Source: Octopus bimaculoides (taxonomy: Eukaryota). From it: a DNA stretch of 64,000 nt. This document shows, piece by piece, positions 10,624 through 22,956 of this stretch (position 1 is its first letter; each line of letters begins with the position of its first letter). Under the pieces are notes generated by a model. The model searched no databases, had not been told where the DNA came from, and saw only the letters and a list, made by a program, of their open reading frames with translations. A program made the position numbers and the translations under genes. The stretch lies in the NCBI RefSeq assembly GCF_001194135.2, contig NC_068983.1:60255151-60319150 (forward strand), given 5' to 3'.

Positions 10624-13034
10624 GAGGAGCTGTTATTTTATTAATCGAAATGAAGGAACCGCTTTTGTTTATGATGAGTTATAGGGGAACTGTCCCGGCG
10701 AGCTGGTTTCGAAGCTTGCTTTTAGATAATTCATCCGAGAAAAAGAAAACACGAACATGCTATCATTTACACACACACACACACACAGCTAATGCAATTT
10801 AAATGTCGTTTACTATTTTCGTCTGCTTATATCTGTGAAATAGATAGGGGTATTTTTTTTTTTCAAATATGATAAGGTTTCTTTGCTACTCTTATTTTTT
10901 AAGTCAGCTTTTTTCATAAAAACTTCCTAATATTCAGTTGCTATTTATTTAACATATACTTGGCGCATGAAATATTTCGTTCATTATTGTTAATATTTAT
11001 ATACAAGACCTATAATCGTATTGCCGAGACTATAATTTACTTTTGACAACTGTTGTCAACCAATATTCCATTATATTTTGGTAAAATATCAACTGTACAT
11101 TCAAGACCTGTTAAGTTAGACTGTACATTTAAGTCCTGTTAAGTTAGACTGTACATTTACATTTACTGATTCAAGCGTGAACAATATATTCCACTTTCTC
11201 CAGTGTCTGCTGACTGTTTGCAAATGGTTCCATACATTTAAATGTCACGCATTCATTGAAAAGGCGTCTATGTTAGACGTTAAGTCAATCGGCCTACTAG
11301 AAATAGCAGCCAAGTCTCTGACTCACACGTTACTCGTTTTTAAAGAAAATGGAAACGTTAAATGGTGTAACCCTAGGCATGCTGAGATAAAATGATATCC
11401 AATATGGTTATGATTTGAATGCCTTTTCGTCATAGATAGTTCTTTTTAATCGGAATTCACATGGGACTAAGCAACAAGGAATAACTTTTTGCCTTTGTCA
11501 GATGATAAAGTGCTTGCGCCCATCACCGTTTGCACACCCTCTCATACTAATGGGAGAAAATTTTGATTTTTTAGGCTCTAAGTTCTGCTCTGTATGTTTG
11601 CAATAAAATGCCTCCCTCCAAACGCCCCTAAGGGCAACGTGGAGCTGTTGAACCGAATAATTATTAAGAATGCTTTTATATGATTAATGAGTTTTACTGT
11701 ATACAGTATTCGGCTGAACTACAACTGGTTTTCTTTGTATATGAATGATACCTGTTTAAAATAAGTCTTGTCAAAAGTTTCCTTCGGACACTTAAACGTT
11801 TGTACGAAATTGATGAATTATTCCAAATCCTCAATACTTTCAAGTATTAGAATTCTCCACCGCTGTTCATTTGACTGTAATCAGTTTATATTGTTTATAA
11901 TTTCTGCAGTTTCAAGTTACTTGAACTTTGTCCTATAACAAATAAATTTTCGGTAGAACTTTTTTTCTTTCTGCTCCTGTGCTCCAACACGTGATATTTC
12001 AGATAAGAACTGGATCGTCTATTAAAAGTGCACACTCATTCATAAATATAATTATCTCTCACAACTAATATTTTTGTAATGTAAATGGAAAGATGTTTAT
12101 GGATTTCCACTGGCCTGAGGAGAGGCTCCTTTAGGGGCTTCGAAACTTGAAGCAGCACGGAATCCAAATCAAACTGTCTTGAACACTATATATAGTGTTA
12201 AAGTCTGTCATACCGGCCATGACGAAGGGAAATAGCCCTGAAACTCGAGTCGCCTTTATATATATATATTTATATTTATATATTTGATCCTTTATATTGA
12301 ACACTCAATATTTCATCTACATTCAATACTTTCTTTCATGGTGCCATCCATTTTTATTTTATTTTATTTTATATTGTATATTGTATATCATATTATATAT
12401 TGTATATTCCATATTCTATACCCCACATTAGTTCTGCAGGAATATAAATAAAACATANNNNNNNNNNNNNNNNNNNNNNNNNNNNNNNNNNNNNNNNNNN
12501 NNNNNNNNNNNNNNNNNNNNNNNNNNNNNNNNNNNNNNNNNNNNNNNNNNNNNNNNNNNNNNNNNNNNNNNNNNNNNNNNNNNNNNNNNNNNNNNNNNNN
12601 NNNNNNNNNNNNNNNNNNNNNNNNNNNNNNNNNNNNNNNNNNNNNNNNNNNNNNNNNNGTTTAGGTTATGTAATGAGTCATTTTGTATATTATGTCATAG
12701 TCACTTACGCACGTTTCGATCCAGCCAGTAGTTTGGCCGATCTCTTCAGAGTGTTAAAGGGTATATTCGAAGTTTGTGGTGTGCAAAATGTAGGAGAAGT
12801 AATTATTGGGTGTAATATATGTGGTGGTGTGATAGTGGTGATAGGTAAATAGAGCCTTACGTTTTAGTTGTTGCGTTGGTCTTCTTGTAAGAGGATATAG
12901 GGTGGGTGCTATTTAAGAACATTGTTCCAGTTTTAGTCAAGCGCATCGCCACGTGATGTTTGTGATTGTTAGATGCGCTGTGATTGCTTGGATGCTTCAG
13001 ACTACCCCTGAAGGATCGAGGCAAACCTACCACT

Positions 13035-13072
<38 letters not shown>

Positions 13073-16000
13073 CGTGCGTGTTCTCTATGTGGTCTGTTTG
13101 TTTTCTGTGCTCTGTTTATGTTCTGTTTTTCATTTTGTCCACGTTTTTTTTTTTGTGACGTCCTGTACCCAGATATGCATCTATATATACATGTAGATGT
13201 AGGTATGTACATACATGTACGTATATATGCATATACTCACATAATATTCGTATTATATATATATATATATAGCTCTTCGAAACGCCGGTGTTAAAACGGG
13301 GTAGCCGATGAAGAAGAATGTTCTCTATGTGGCTTGTGCGTTTTCTCGTCTACGTTTTGTTTGCAATGTCCTGTACCCAGATATGCACCTATACATACAG
13401 GTGGATGTCGGTATGCACATACCTGTACGTATATATGCATATACTCATTTACTATTTGTTTATATATATATATATATATATTTGATGTAACTGTTTGAAA
13501 TGTCTCTGTTTAGCCCCAGATCAACCAGAATTTATGATCAGATCTTTCTCGTCACGACTGCTTCGTCATTTTACAGCTGTCTATCGCTACATTTGTTTAT
13601 TATGTCCTTACCGTTTTTAAGACACCATGCTGTGATTTGGCTGCTATTTCTAGCAGGTCGAGCGACTGCGTAGAGGCTCCCTCGCTGGCTTGGTTATTTG
13701 GAAAGAGAATTGTAAAAGTACACGGTTACCAGTTCAGATATGCCTGGGGCATATTCGAACCAGTATGCCCCAAGCATATTTGAACTGGTAATAACCTTGT
13801 ATTTATCACTGATTAGCGCTGCTACCCTGTGATTAATTGTAAAAGTGTTTTGTTTAATAAGCTCGACTTCTACTTCCAATGCTAGTTTATTTTCCTTTAA
13901 ACACTGTTTTGTTACTAATTCTCACATCACTACATAGTTTCCTGCGACTCATTTAGATAGAATACATCTACAAAAACTAAACCGCGGGGGTGAAGAGGGA
14001 TGGTCACAGCAAGAACGCCTTTGTTTGTTCAACCTAAGCTCACATGATGCTGAACATATTTCCTGTAGCAAACTTTGCTGTAACTTTCACCGCCTCTCAG
14101 TATACTTCGGAAGGACAACTGATATGACGAGAGGTTAATCTTCACATTTTGGGTACTTGTCGTTACCAAACAAAGAAAACAGGTTGTAATAATGGTTTCA
14201 AATTTTGGCACAAGGCCAGCAATTCCGAGAGAGGAGTAGGGTAAATCAATTACATTGACCCCCTTCTCTCCAATGCTCAACTGGTACTTTTTAGTCGACT
14301 CCGGCGGTATTTGAACTCAAAACGTAAAATAGTTTTATAAGTTGTTTTTTTTTTATTATTCTTAAAAAAAAAAAAACTATCCAACTATCCACTGCAATTC
14401 CTTAGATCTTGTGCAATTAAACCCCCAAGAAAGTAAAAGTTCCATTTATTCGACTCTAGCAGTAAGTTAAATGATGTATCTTCGAATATTTATATTAAGT
14501 TGTATTGCTTTGGCACCAATAAAGTTTGAAATAGCGAATGCTTCAGTTTTATTTACATGATTTCGAGTTAGTTTGCTCTTTGGTAGAGTCATTACAACCT
14601 GTGCAAATGAAACTTTTTATTCCTGGTCTATTATCTTCGGCATTCCTCAACAGTCTGTATTTTGCTCTCTCTACACCCTAGCTACTAGGTGTGTGTGGGT
14701 GTGTGCCTAGCGGTTAGGGTGTGGAGTATACGATTATATGGTCGTACGTTCAATTCCTGGATCATTAACAACCAGCTTATTTCTGCTGCAGCACTCTCCC
14801 CACCACCACTAGCCATCTCATCCTTAACTGGGTCAAGAGAGTGACTGTGTCTGCTAACGATTGTATAGGCTACCAAATCGTATTTGGTTGTGAGTGGAGT
14901 CTAAGCTTCAAGCTTTTTTCTTGCAAGTCTTTTTGCCCATTTTCATTTTTACCATCACCTCTTTCGCAGTCTGTAATTCTCCCATTAATAAAAACACCTC
15001 CAAGACCCCCAGTAAGGTACCTTCTCTTCGTTGCTCAACTTGCCAGAAAATGCACCCAAATCTTCCTCAAATCACATCCTACCATCTTTTAAGACCACAA
15101 TACGAACCTTGAGTGCCTTTAGCAAAGTCCACTCTGTTGTTGCCATTTAAGTGAGGACTCAAACCTGAGAGTGACTTCCTCCTTTGTTCCCATGTGTCAT
15201 AGAAGCCCTGAAAAGAGTTATAGGTACTGTGCTTCCCCTCTGAGCCAGACCAGTGATTCTCAACCACCCTTTGCCTATGGATCACTTTGATCCTTATTTT
15301 AGTCTACTGGATCCCCAAAGCCATTCAAAGTTACAAAATCCTACTGTATTTTTATAATTGAATATTAAGTATTGTATTAAAATTTTTTTTAAATATTTGG
15401 TGTATTGTAGAAGTATAACCAGTTTACTAGAGATAAATTTTAACAACAGAATCTTATATGGACCCCCAGTTGAGAACCATTGGACCAAACTGTATAGAAG
15501 TGTAAGGGACCTGTGAATCTCCTTGGCTATAAGGTTTACTCAATCAAAGTTGGCTAGTGACTAAACAATAACCTCCAAGACAGTAATGAAGTTCTAAGAA
15601 CATTTAAACTTAAACATTACTTATTCAAGAAAATTCTTATTAATATCATCAGGACTCTGGTTACTAGCGCAAATTCATCTATAACGTTGTAAATAAAATG
15701 TAAATACGCATTGAAATAAAATGCATTCCTATATATATAGGCACAACGTGGCTGTGTGATAAGAAGCTTGCTTCCCAACCACATGGTTTTGGGTTCAGTT
15801 TTGTTGTAGATGGCATATATGACTACCCTGCATTATAGGGTGAATGGAATTGATCACAGTGAAGTGTTGGAATATACCATCAAAAGGGTATGGGGATGGA
15901 AAATCAGAGTAGGAGAGTAAAGGGTGCAAGAGGGGAGAGAGTAAGAGAAGGTTGCAAATAGGGGTGAATAAGGGTGGAGGAATGGTAAATAGGAGAGGTG

Positions 16001-19000
16001 TGGAAAATGATAAGGAGGACAGTATGGATGTCAACAGAAGTGGGTTAGGGGTTAGGAAGTGATGCCTGACAGTACAGAAAAAGGTGAGGAACAGCATACA
16101 ATCTCACAAACCCCTCAGCCACCCACTTTTGTTCACCTTGTATCTTGAGGGGCCACCTGGCCACCTTATCGCTTTGCAACTCCTACTGATCATTCTCTCC
16201 CTCTCATCTGAATGTAAACCCCTCTACAAGAACCTGCTCTATCCCATTCTCATGCATTAACCCCTCATTCCCTGGCGTAAAGCTACCCAACTCCTTCAGA
16301 CTTCATAGTCTTGCAAGCTGCACGGCAATCTCATTATTGCTGGTGTCATGTAAAATGCACCAAGTACATGCTGTAAAGTGGTTGGTGTCAGGAAGGGCAT
16401 CCAACCATAGAAACCATACCAAAACAGACAATTGTACCTATCAGATCCTTTCAAACCATCCAACTTGTGCCATCATGGAACATGGATGTTAAGAGATGAT
16501 TGTGCACAGAAACATGCCGTTTCTTTTATGCCCATCTGTCAAAAGATCTGGGAGACTGAAATGCCAATCTGAAAACTATACATTTTTTTTTATTTTCCTT
16601 ATTTATTTATTTCGCTTGAGAATAATCTTGGTGCTACTTGCTTTGACAATTCTTAAGTAATTCTCACTCTTTGATTAATCACGTGGCACTTGGGATCCCA
16701 GATTTATGGAAGTGATTAGTGAGTTATATTTATCAATGAAATGTAGCAGTACACTTCATTAGCACGGCAGATAGCCAAAAGTGAAATAATTCCAGTCACT
16801 CTGTTAAAGTGATGCAGCAGGTTTTTCTCAACTGATGAAAGCAAGATCAGATGAATAGATCAGCTTCACATTGAAAAGTTAAACTAAACAATCTTTTAAT
16901 TACTGGTCTTTTCTATCACTATTATAATGGCCCCTGCTCCTTAAACTTGACTGATCTTGTTCCACCACTCATGACCTACATGTCTCTTCACCTCTCATCA
17001 CCCTTATTCTATCCAGCTTCCTTTCCCTTTCACCAGTGGTTCGTAACCATTTTCTTGTAGCCCTCACCCCCTTTAAGTAGTTGTTATGCCTCAAGCCCAC
17101 CTTGACAAGTAAAGTCTCACAACTAAACTAACTTCACATGGATGATAATTTATAAATTTTACTCTAAAAATGAATTGTATAAGCTTTTACCTGGGAAATA
17201 ATAAAAAAAATTAATAAAGACAAACATTATAAATTTACTTCTTACATTCCAGGTTAATGTGCCTGATGAGATCTCATTTTATTTTAATGACCACTTTTAT
17301 GTGTAATATCATAACTACAAGTAAAATTTAGTATGTTATGTTACCTCACTCCCCACTTGCTGACCCCCTTTGACATGCCCGGCACCCTGTTGGGAGCAAT
17401 ACCACCCACATTGAGAACCTCTGCCTTACACCAACCAATATGTCCAATCCTAAGGAGGCGAGCTTGCAGAAACGTTAGCATGCCGGTCGAAATGCTTAGT
17501 GGTATTTCGTCTGTCTTTACATTCTGAGTTTAAATTCTGCCAAGGTCAATTTTGCCTTTCATTCTTTCAGGGTCAATAAATTAAGTACCAGTTGCATACT
17601 GGGTCGATCTAATCGACTGGCCCCCTCCCCAAATTTCAGGCCTTGTGCCCAGAGTAGAAAAGAATATGTCCAATCCTTCATCCTCTGAACATTTGTCCCA
17701 CTGGAATCTCTTCTCTCCTTGTCTCTTTAACTTCAGGTGTTAATCTGCAATACTTTAAACAGAACATGAGCAGCATCAATCTTACCAGTCTTGGTGAGCC
17801 TGTAAGGGCCAGAGGTTTTGTCTCTTCTTCCAGACTCCACAAAAACAATCAACTGATGACCCAGCATGTGATATGTGATGAGTTCTCCTTTTAATATCAA
17901 CAAATACATAAGGCGGGAAGCTGGCAGAATCATTAGCATTGCCAGGCAAAATGCTTAGCGGCATTTTATCCATCTTTACCTTCCAAGTTCAAATTCTGCT
18001 GAGGTTGACTTTACCTTTCATCCTTACAGGGTCAGTAATTATAAATACCAGTTGAGTGCTGGGGTTGATGTAATCAACTTACCCTCTCCTCCATACTTGC
18101 TGGCCTTGTACCAAAATTTGAAACCGGTACCAACAAGTACCACATCCAAGTCTTTAAAACCAAATTTCTAAATAATCATCTCAGATGTTTTAGTGATTTA
18201 ATACAAATGCACCAAAAGTATTACAATAACTTTTGTTTACTTTTGATTGCAGTGGAATAATGTCATTGATTGGGTTGCATTAGTTCGATGAAACTTTAAG
18301 GCACTTCATAATAGACAGTACTACTAAGAAATAAGCAAAAAGTGAATATTACAGTTTTTATGTATTCTTTAAATCAGTGGTTCTCAACCCAGGTCAGTAT
18401 AAGATGCATTTGTTAAAATTTATGTGCAAGAAATTGCTACAATGCACAAAATATTTTAATTGTTTTAAACAATTCCTAATAGTATTTAATTATAGAAATA
18501 CAGTAGTCTTTATTTTTAAAGACATCAAATGACTGGAGACCGCTCCTTTCAAACTTCAAAGGCACAAGTACTTTCTATGTGGCACCAACACAGGACACAT
18601 GCTGGTCAGTCCTCCTCACCAGTGGGAGCAGCCTTAACACTTCTGCTGTGTAGGATGGGTCTTCTTGAGTACAGCAGGGCACCAGTTATTTCAGTCTTTT
18701 TTCATTTCATTGAAAGGTTCAATGTCCTGGTTCAATGTCCTTCAGTACTTCATCCCATATCTTTCTGGGTTTCCACACATATACACGCATGCAAGCACAC
18801 ACACACACAACAAGCTTCTTTCAGTTTCTGTCTACCAAATCCACTCACAAGGCTTTGGTCAGCCCAAGGCTATAGTAGAAGACATATGCCCCAGGTGCCA
18901 TGCATGTGGGTGGGGAGCAATCTTCTCACCACACAACCATGTCTCTGCTGTTTGTGATTTTGATATTGAAATATCTGATATGTTAACCATTTCATGTTCT

Positions 19001-22000
19001 ATATTTCAGTTGAAATGCATAGCTTTTGTTTCAGTTAATTTTCAAAATTATAAAGAATTTGGTAGAATAACTTTGGCATTATTAAGCTGGTGTTTGGAAC
19101 ATGAATTAATATGAAATTTTTAGGAAAGGTTTTGATTTAGATCATTTAAAAATAGGGAATTTGTATCATAAAATCAGGGGTGGTGGTCTTAGGTGGGTTG
19201 CTATCAAACAAGTTAAGGCATTGGATCTATGAGTTATTATTATATAAGTGCAGTGATGGCTGTGTGGTTACGAAGCTTGTTTTGCAGCCATACGGCTTGA
19301 GGTTCAGTCTCACTACACAGCACCTTGGGCAAGTGTCTTCTACTATAGCCCCAGGTCTACCAAAGCCTTGTGAGTGAATTTGGTTGGTGGGAACTATGTG
19401 GAAGCCCATGTTTATATATGAGTGCGTTTGTGTTTGTCTCCACCTTGACAACTAGTACTGGTTTGTTTACATCCCAGTGACTTAACAGTTCAGACTTAAA
19501 ACTAAAAAAACAATAGTTATGGGGTTGATGTGTCTGAGTTAACTCTTCAGTGTTGTGCCCCAACATGGCCACAGTTTAATGACTGAAACAAGTAAAAGAT
19601 AAAAGGAAATCTTTGCAATTTTCCATGTTGTCAATTTTGGATTGACATAGTATGTGTTGCGATTATCTCCCATCTTTGATTCCTTTTCTATATAACCCCA
19701 AATCACCTTTATGCTGTTATATTTTAATCCTTCCTTTCTTTTTTCCGTCCTGCTTCCTGAAAATTATTTTCAATTCTTTCACTAATCACAAGCTATTTAC
19801 AATTAGTTCAACTAATTGTTTGGATTAGGATTAGGGTAATTTTTGTATCCAGCTTAAGTAGTTTCTTATTAAATTGTTCCTGCTTATCAATCAGTTGCTC
19901 CTATTTTACGCTCTGCAAAAGTACTTTAATTTCATAATCATTTTTATGTATAAAATAAATTACATCTTAATTATATCTTGTCTGGATTTGTTTAATATTT
20001 AATTGTTGTAAGAGATTAGAACTTCCTAGTTTCATTGTTCTGTGATAATCCTTGTAAATTCTATGAGCCTACTCTTCCCTCTTTTAATCTTCTCAGGGAT
20101 TTCCTAATTGCAATGGCTTTATATTGCTTTTTATAGTTTTGAAAATTGTTTATTATTATTGTTATTATTATTATTGAGCTAAGGCAGCGAACTGGCAGAA
20201 CCGTTAGCACGCTGAACAAAATTCAAATTCCACCAAGGTCAACTTTGCCTTTCATCCTTTCGGAGTCAATAAATTAAGTACCAGTGAAACACTGGGGTCA
20301 ATATAATCAACTAATCCCCTTACCCCAAATTTGAGGCCTTCTGCCTCCAGTAGTAAGGTTTATTATTCAGTGAGCTGGCAGTCATTAGCCAGTTGGATAA
20401 AATACTTAGCTGTATTTTTTCCAGTTCTCTACATTCAGAGTTCAAATACTGCTGAGGTTGACTTTGCCTTTCATTATTTGGGGGATTGATAAAATGAGGA
20501 CCAGTTGAGCACTGGACTTGCTGGTCTTATGTCAAGATTTGAAACCAATATCCTGTGGAAAACATATGTATATATAATGTGAATGTGTGTGTGTGTGTGT
20601 GTGTGTGTGTGATATAGGTATGTTTGTGTTTGTTCATCCATCATCATTGGCAACTGGTGTTGGTTTATTTATGTCCCTGTAACTTAGTAGTTCGGCCACA
20701 AAAAGACTGATAGGATAATAAATTAAGTATCAAATTTGGTTTGTTCATCTAAACCCTGCAAAGCATTTCTCTGGTATGGCTGCAGTCCAATGACTGAAAC
20801 AAGTAAAAGATAAAAGATAGAGATGACTGTAAGAGGTAAATAGGATGGTTCTAACCCTCTTGTTACCATATTCCTGTTGCAATACTCTGCCTTTGTTTCA
20901 ATTCATTTCCAAAATAATGAAGAATTTAGTAAAATAACTTTGCCATTATTAAGTTAGTGTTTGGACCATAAATTAACATGAAATTTTGATAAAACGTTTT
21001 AATTTAGATCACTTTTAAACAAAGTTATATCACAGAACATATGGCCTAGTGGTTAGGGTGTTAGGCTTGCGATCGCTAAATCATGGATTTGATTTTTGGG
21101 CCAAGTGGCACATCATGCTCTTGAGCAAAACACTTCATTTCATGTTGCTCCAGTCCACTCAGCTGTGAATGGGTGACCCTGTGATGGACTAGCTTTCTGA
21201 TCAAGGGCAATGTTGGCCTGCTCACCTAGCCAGTGAGATGGCATCATTCAAAAGCTAAAACGATGCAAAGCACATTGTAATTAGCAATGTATAGCAACAT
21301 CCGATGGTCTGGTCAATTATATGAAAATGTGATATCAAAGAACAAAGAGCTATTTCACGCGAGGTAAAGATCCGACACTAGTAAGAGGAGGAGGAGAAGA
21401 AGACAAAGGAGAAGAAAAGTTACCATCTTTGATGACAATTAAGATGCATTTGTTTTTCAAAAAAAATTGTCACCAAAAATTCCCCTGGACCTATGTTATA
21501 TGCTTTAAGCCTTTAGCATTTAAACCAGCCATATCCTGCCCAAATATTCAACTTGTTTTATGTTCAAACTGACCAAATCCAGCCACTCACACCTACCCTA
21601 CAATGTTATTCTAAAAATAAACCATCACATCATTGAAATCTCAAAGCTGCAAGATTAATTCAAAACACTTAGTAACTAAATAAGCTTTAAATTTGACAGT
21701 AATCTAAATGCTAAAGAATTAATGCACTAAACAGAGATTTCCCTGAATATGCACTGCTGAAATTAAGGTGAATGTAATTATGTTTATGGACCATCAAATG
21801 CAGAAGTTTACGAGTTGAAGAACTAGAAGGGTGAGTGTCCAAGGTGGACTGCTCGCTTGCTGACTCTCACCTTATTAACTCAGATCTTCTGCATTCCTTT
21901 GTTATCTTCATTCCTTATTCCCTCTATTTATGACCTACTTGAAGCCACTTCTAAACACACATTTGTGCAAATAGTGGCATTTCACTCTTTCATTTCCTTA

Positions 22001-22924
22001 AGTATGTTAGCCTTGCCTGCCTATAATCACAACACCTAACAAATATGTGCAAACACCTGCAAAATATATATATATATATATATAATACGAATAATATGTG
22101 AGTATATGCATATATACATATATATATATATATATGTACATACCTACATCTACATGTATATATAAATGCATATCTGGGTACAGGATGTCACAAGAAAACG
22201 TGGGCAAAATGAGAAGCAGAACATAAACAGAGCACAGAAAACACACAAGCCACATAGAGAACATTTCCTTCATCAGCTGCCACCATTCTTACACTAAGCG
22301 TTTCGAAGAGTTAGGGCAGGACGCATTGTTAGAATGGCTCTTCCCGCGGAAACAAATTAAATTTTTAACGCGGAGGAATATAGTGGCGAACACAAAAAAA
22401 AAACAAGAAAACGAAACAGTGAAAATAAACAAGGGCTTTAAGGGCAGACGTGAAAAAAATATATGTGTATACTGAACGCCTGTGATGTCACGAACTGGGA
22501 GGAAGAGAGAAGAAGAAAGTTCGTGCAAGCTTGGCAGTAGCCAAGATAAGAAAGGACGTAGTAGCCGGTCACATGTGACCAGCGAGGGGTAAGGAGAAAG
22601 AGTGGAAGAGAGAGAAAAAAAAAAGAAGGGGAAGGAAGTAAGATATAGGTGAGCAGCGAGAGACAGGGAGGAAGAGAGAGAGATATAGTAGCGAAGGGGA
22701 GAGGTGAAGAACAACAGAAGGAAGAACGAGAGGGGGAGAAAGATTCAAAGATAGTCGCGTCAGAAATATAAAGTTAAAACTTCCTTGCAAAGATGCCGCA
22801 TGCATTCGATCATGTAATAATACAAATAATATGTGAGTATATGCATATATACATACATGTATGTACATACCTACATCTACATGTATATATAGATGCATAT
22901 CTGGGTACAGGACATCACAAGATG

Positions 22925-22956
<32 letters not shown>

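Noticed and set aside
11090-11160. 28-bp unit repeated about 2.4 times
   Set aside because: An ordinary local tandem duplication with no spacers, not CRISPR-like.
13265-13320. CTCTTC-GAAAC...CCGATGA (and GAAAC...CTGATGA at about 22265-22310 on the minus strand) as type II hammerheads
   Set aside because: Stem II register does not close and position 17 would be G, which is non-cleavable.
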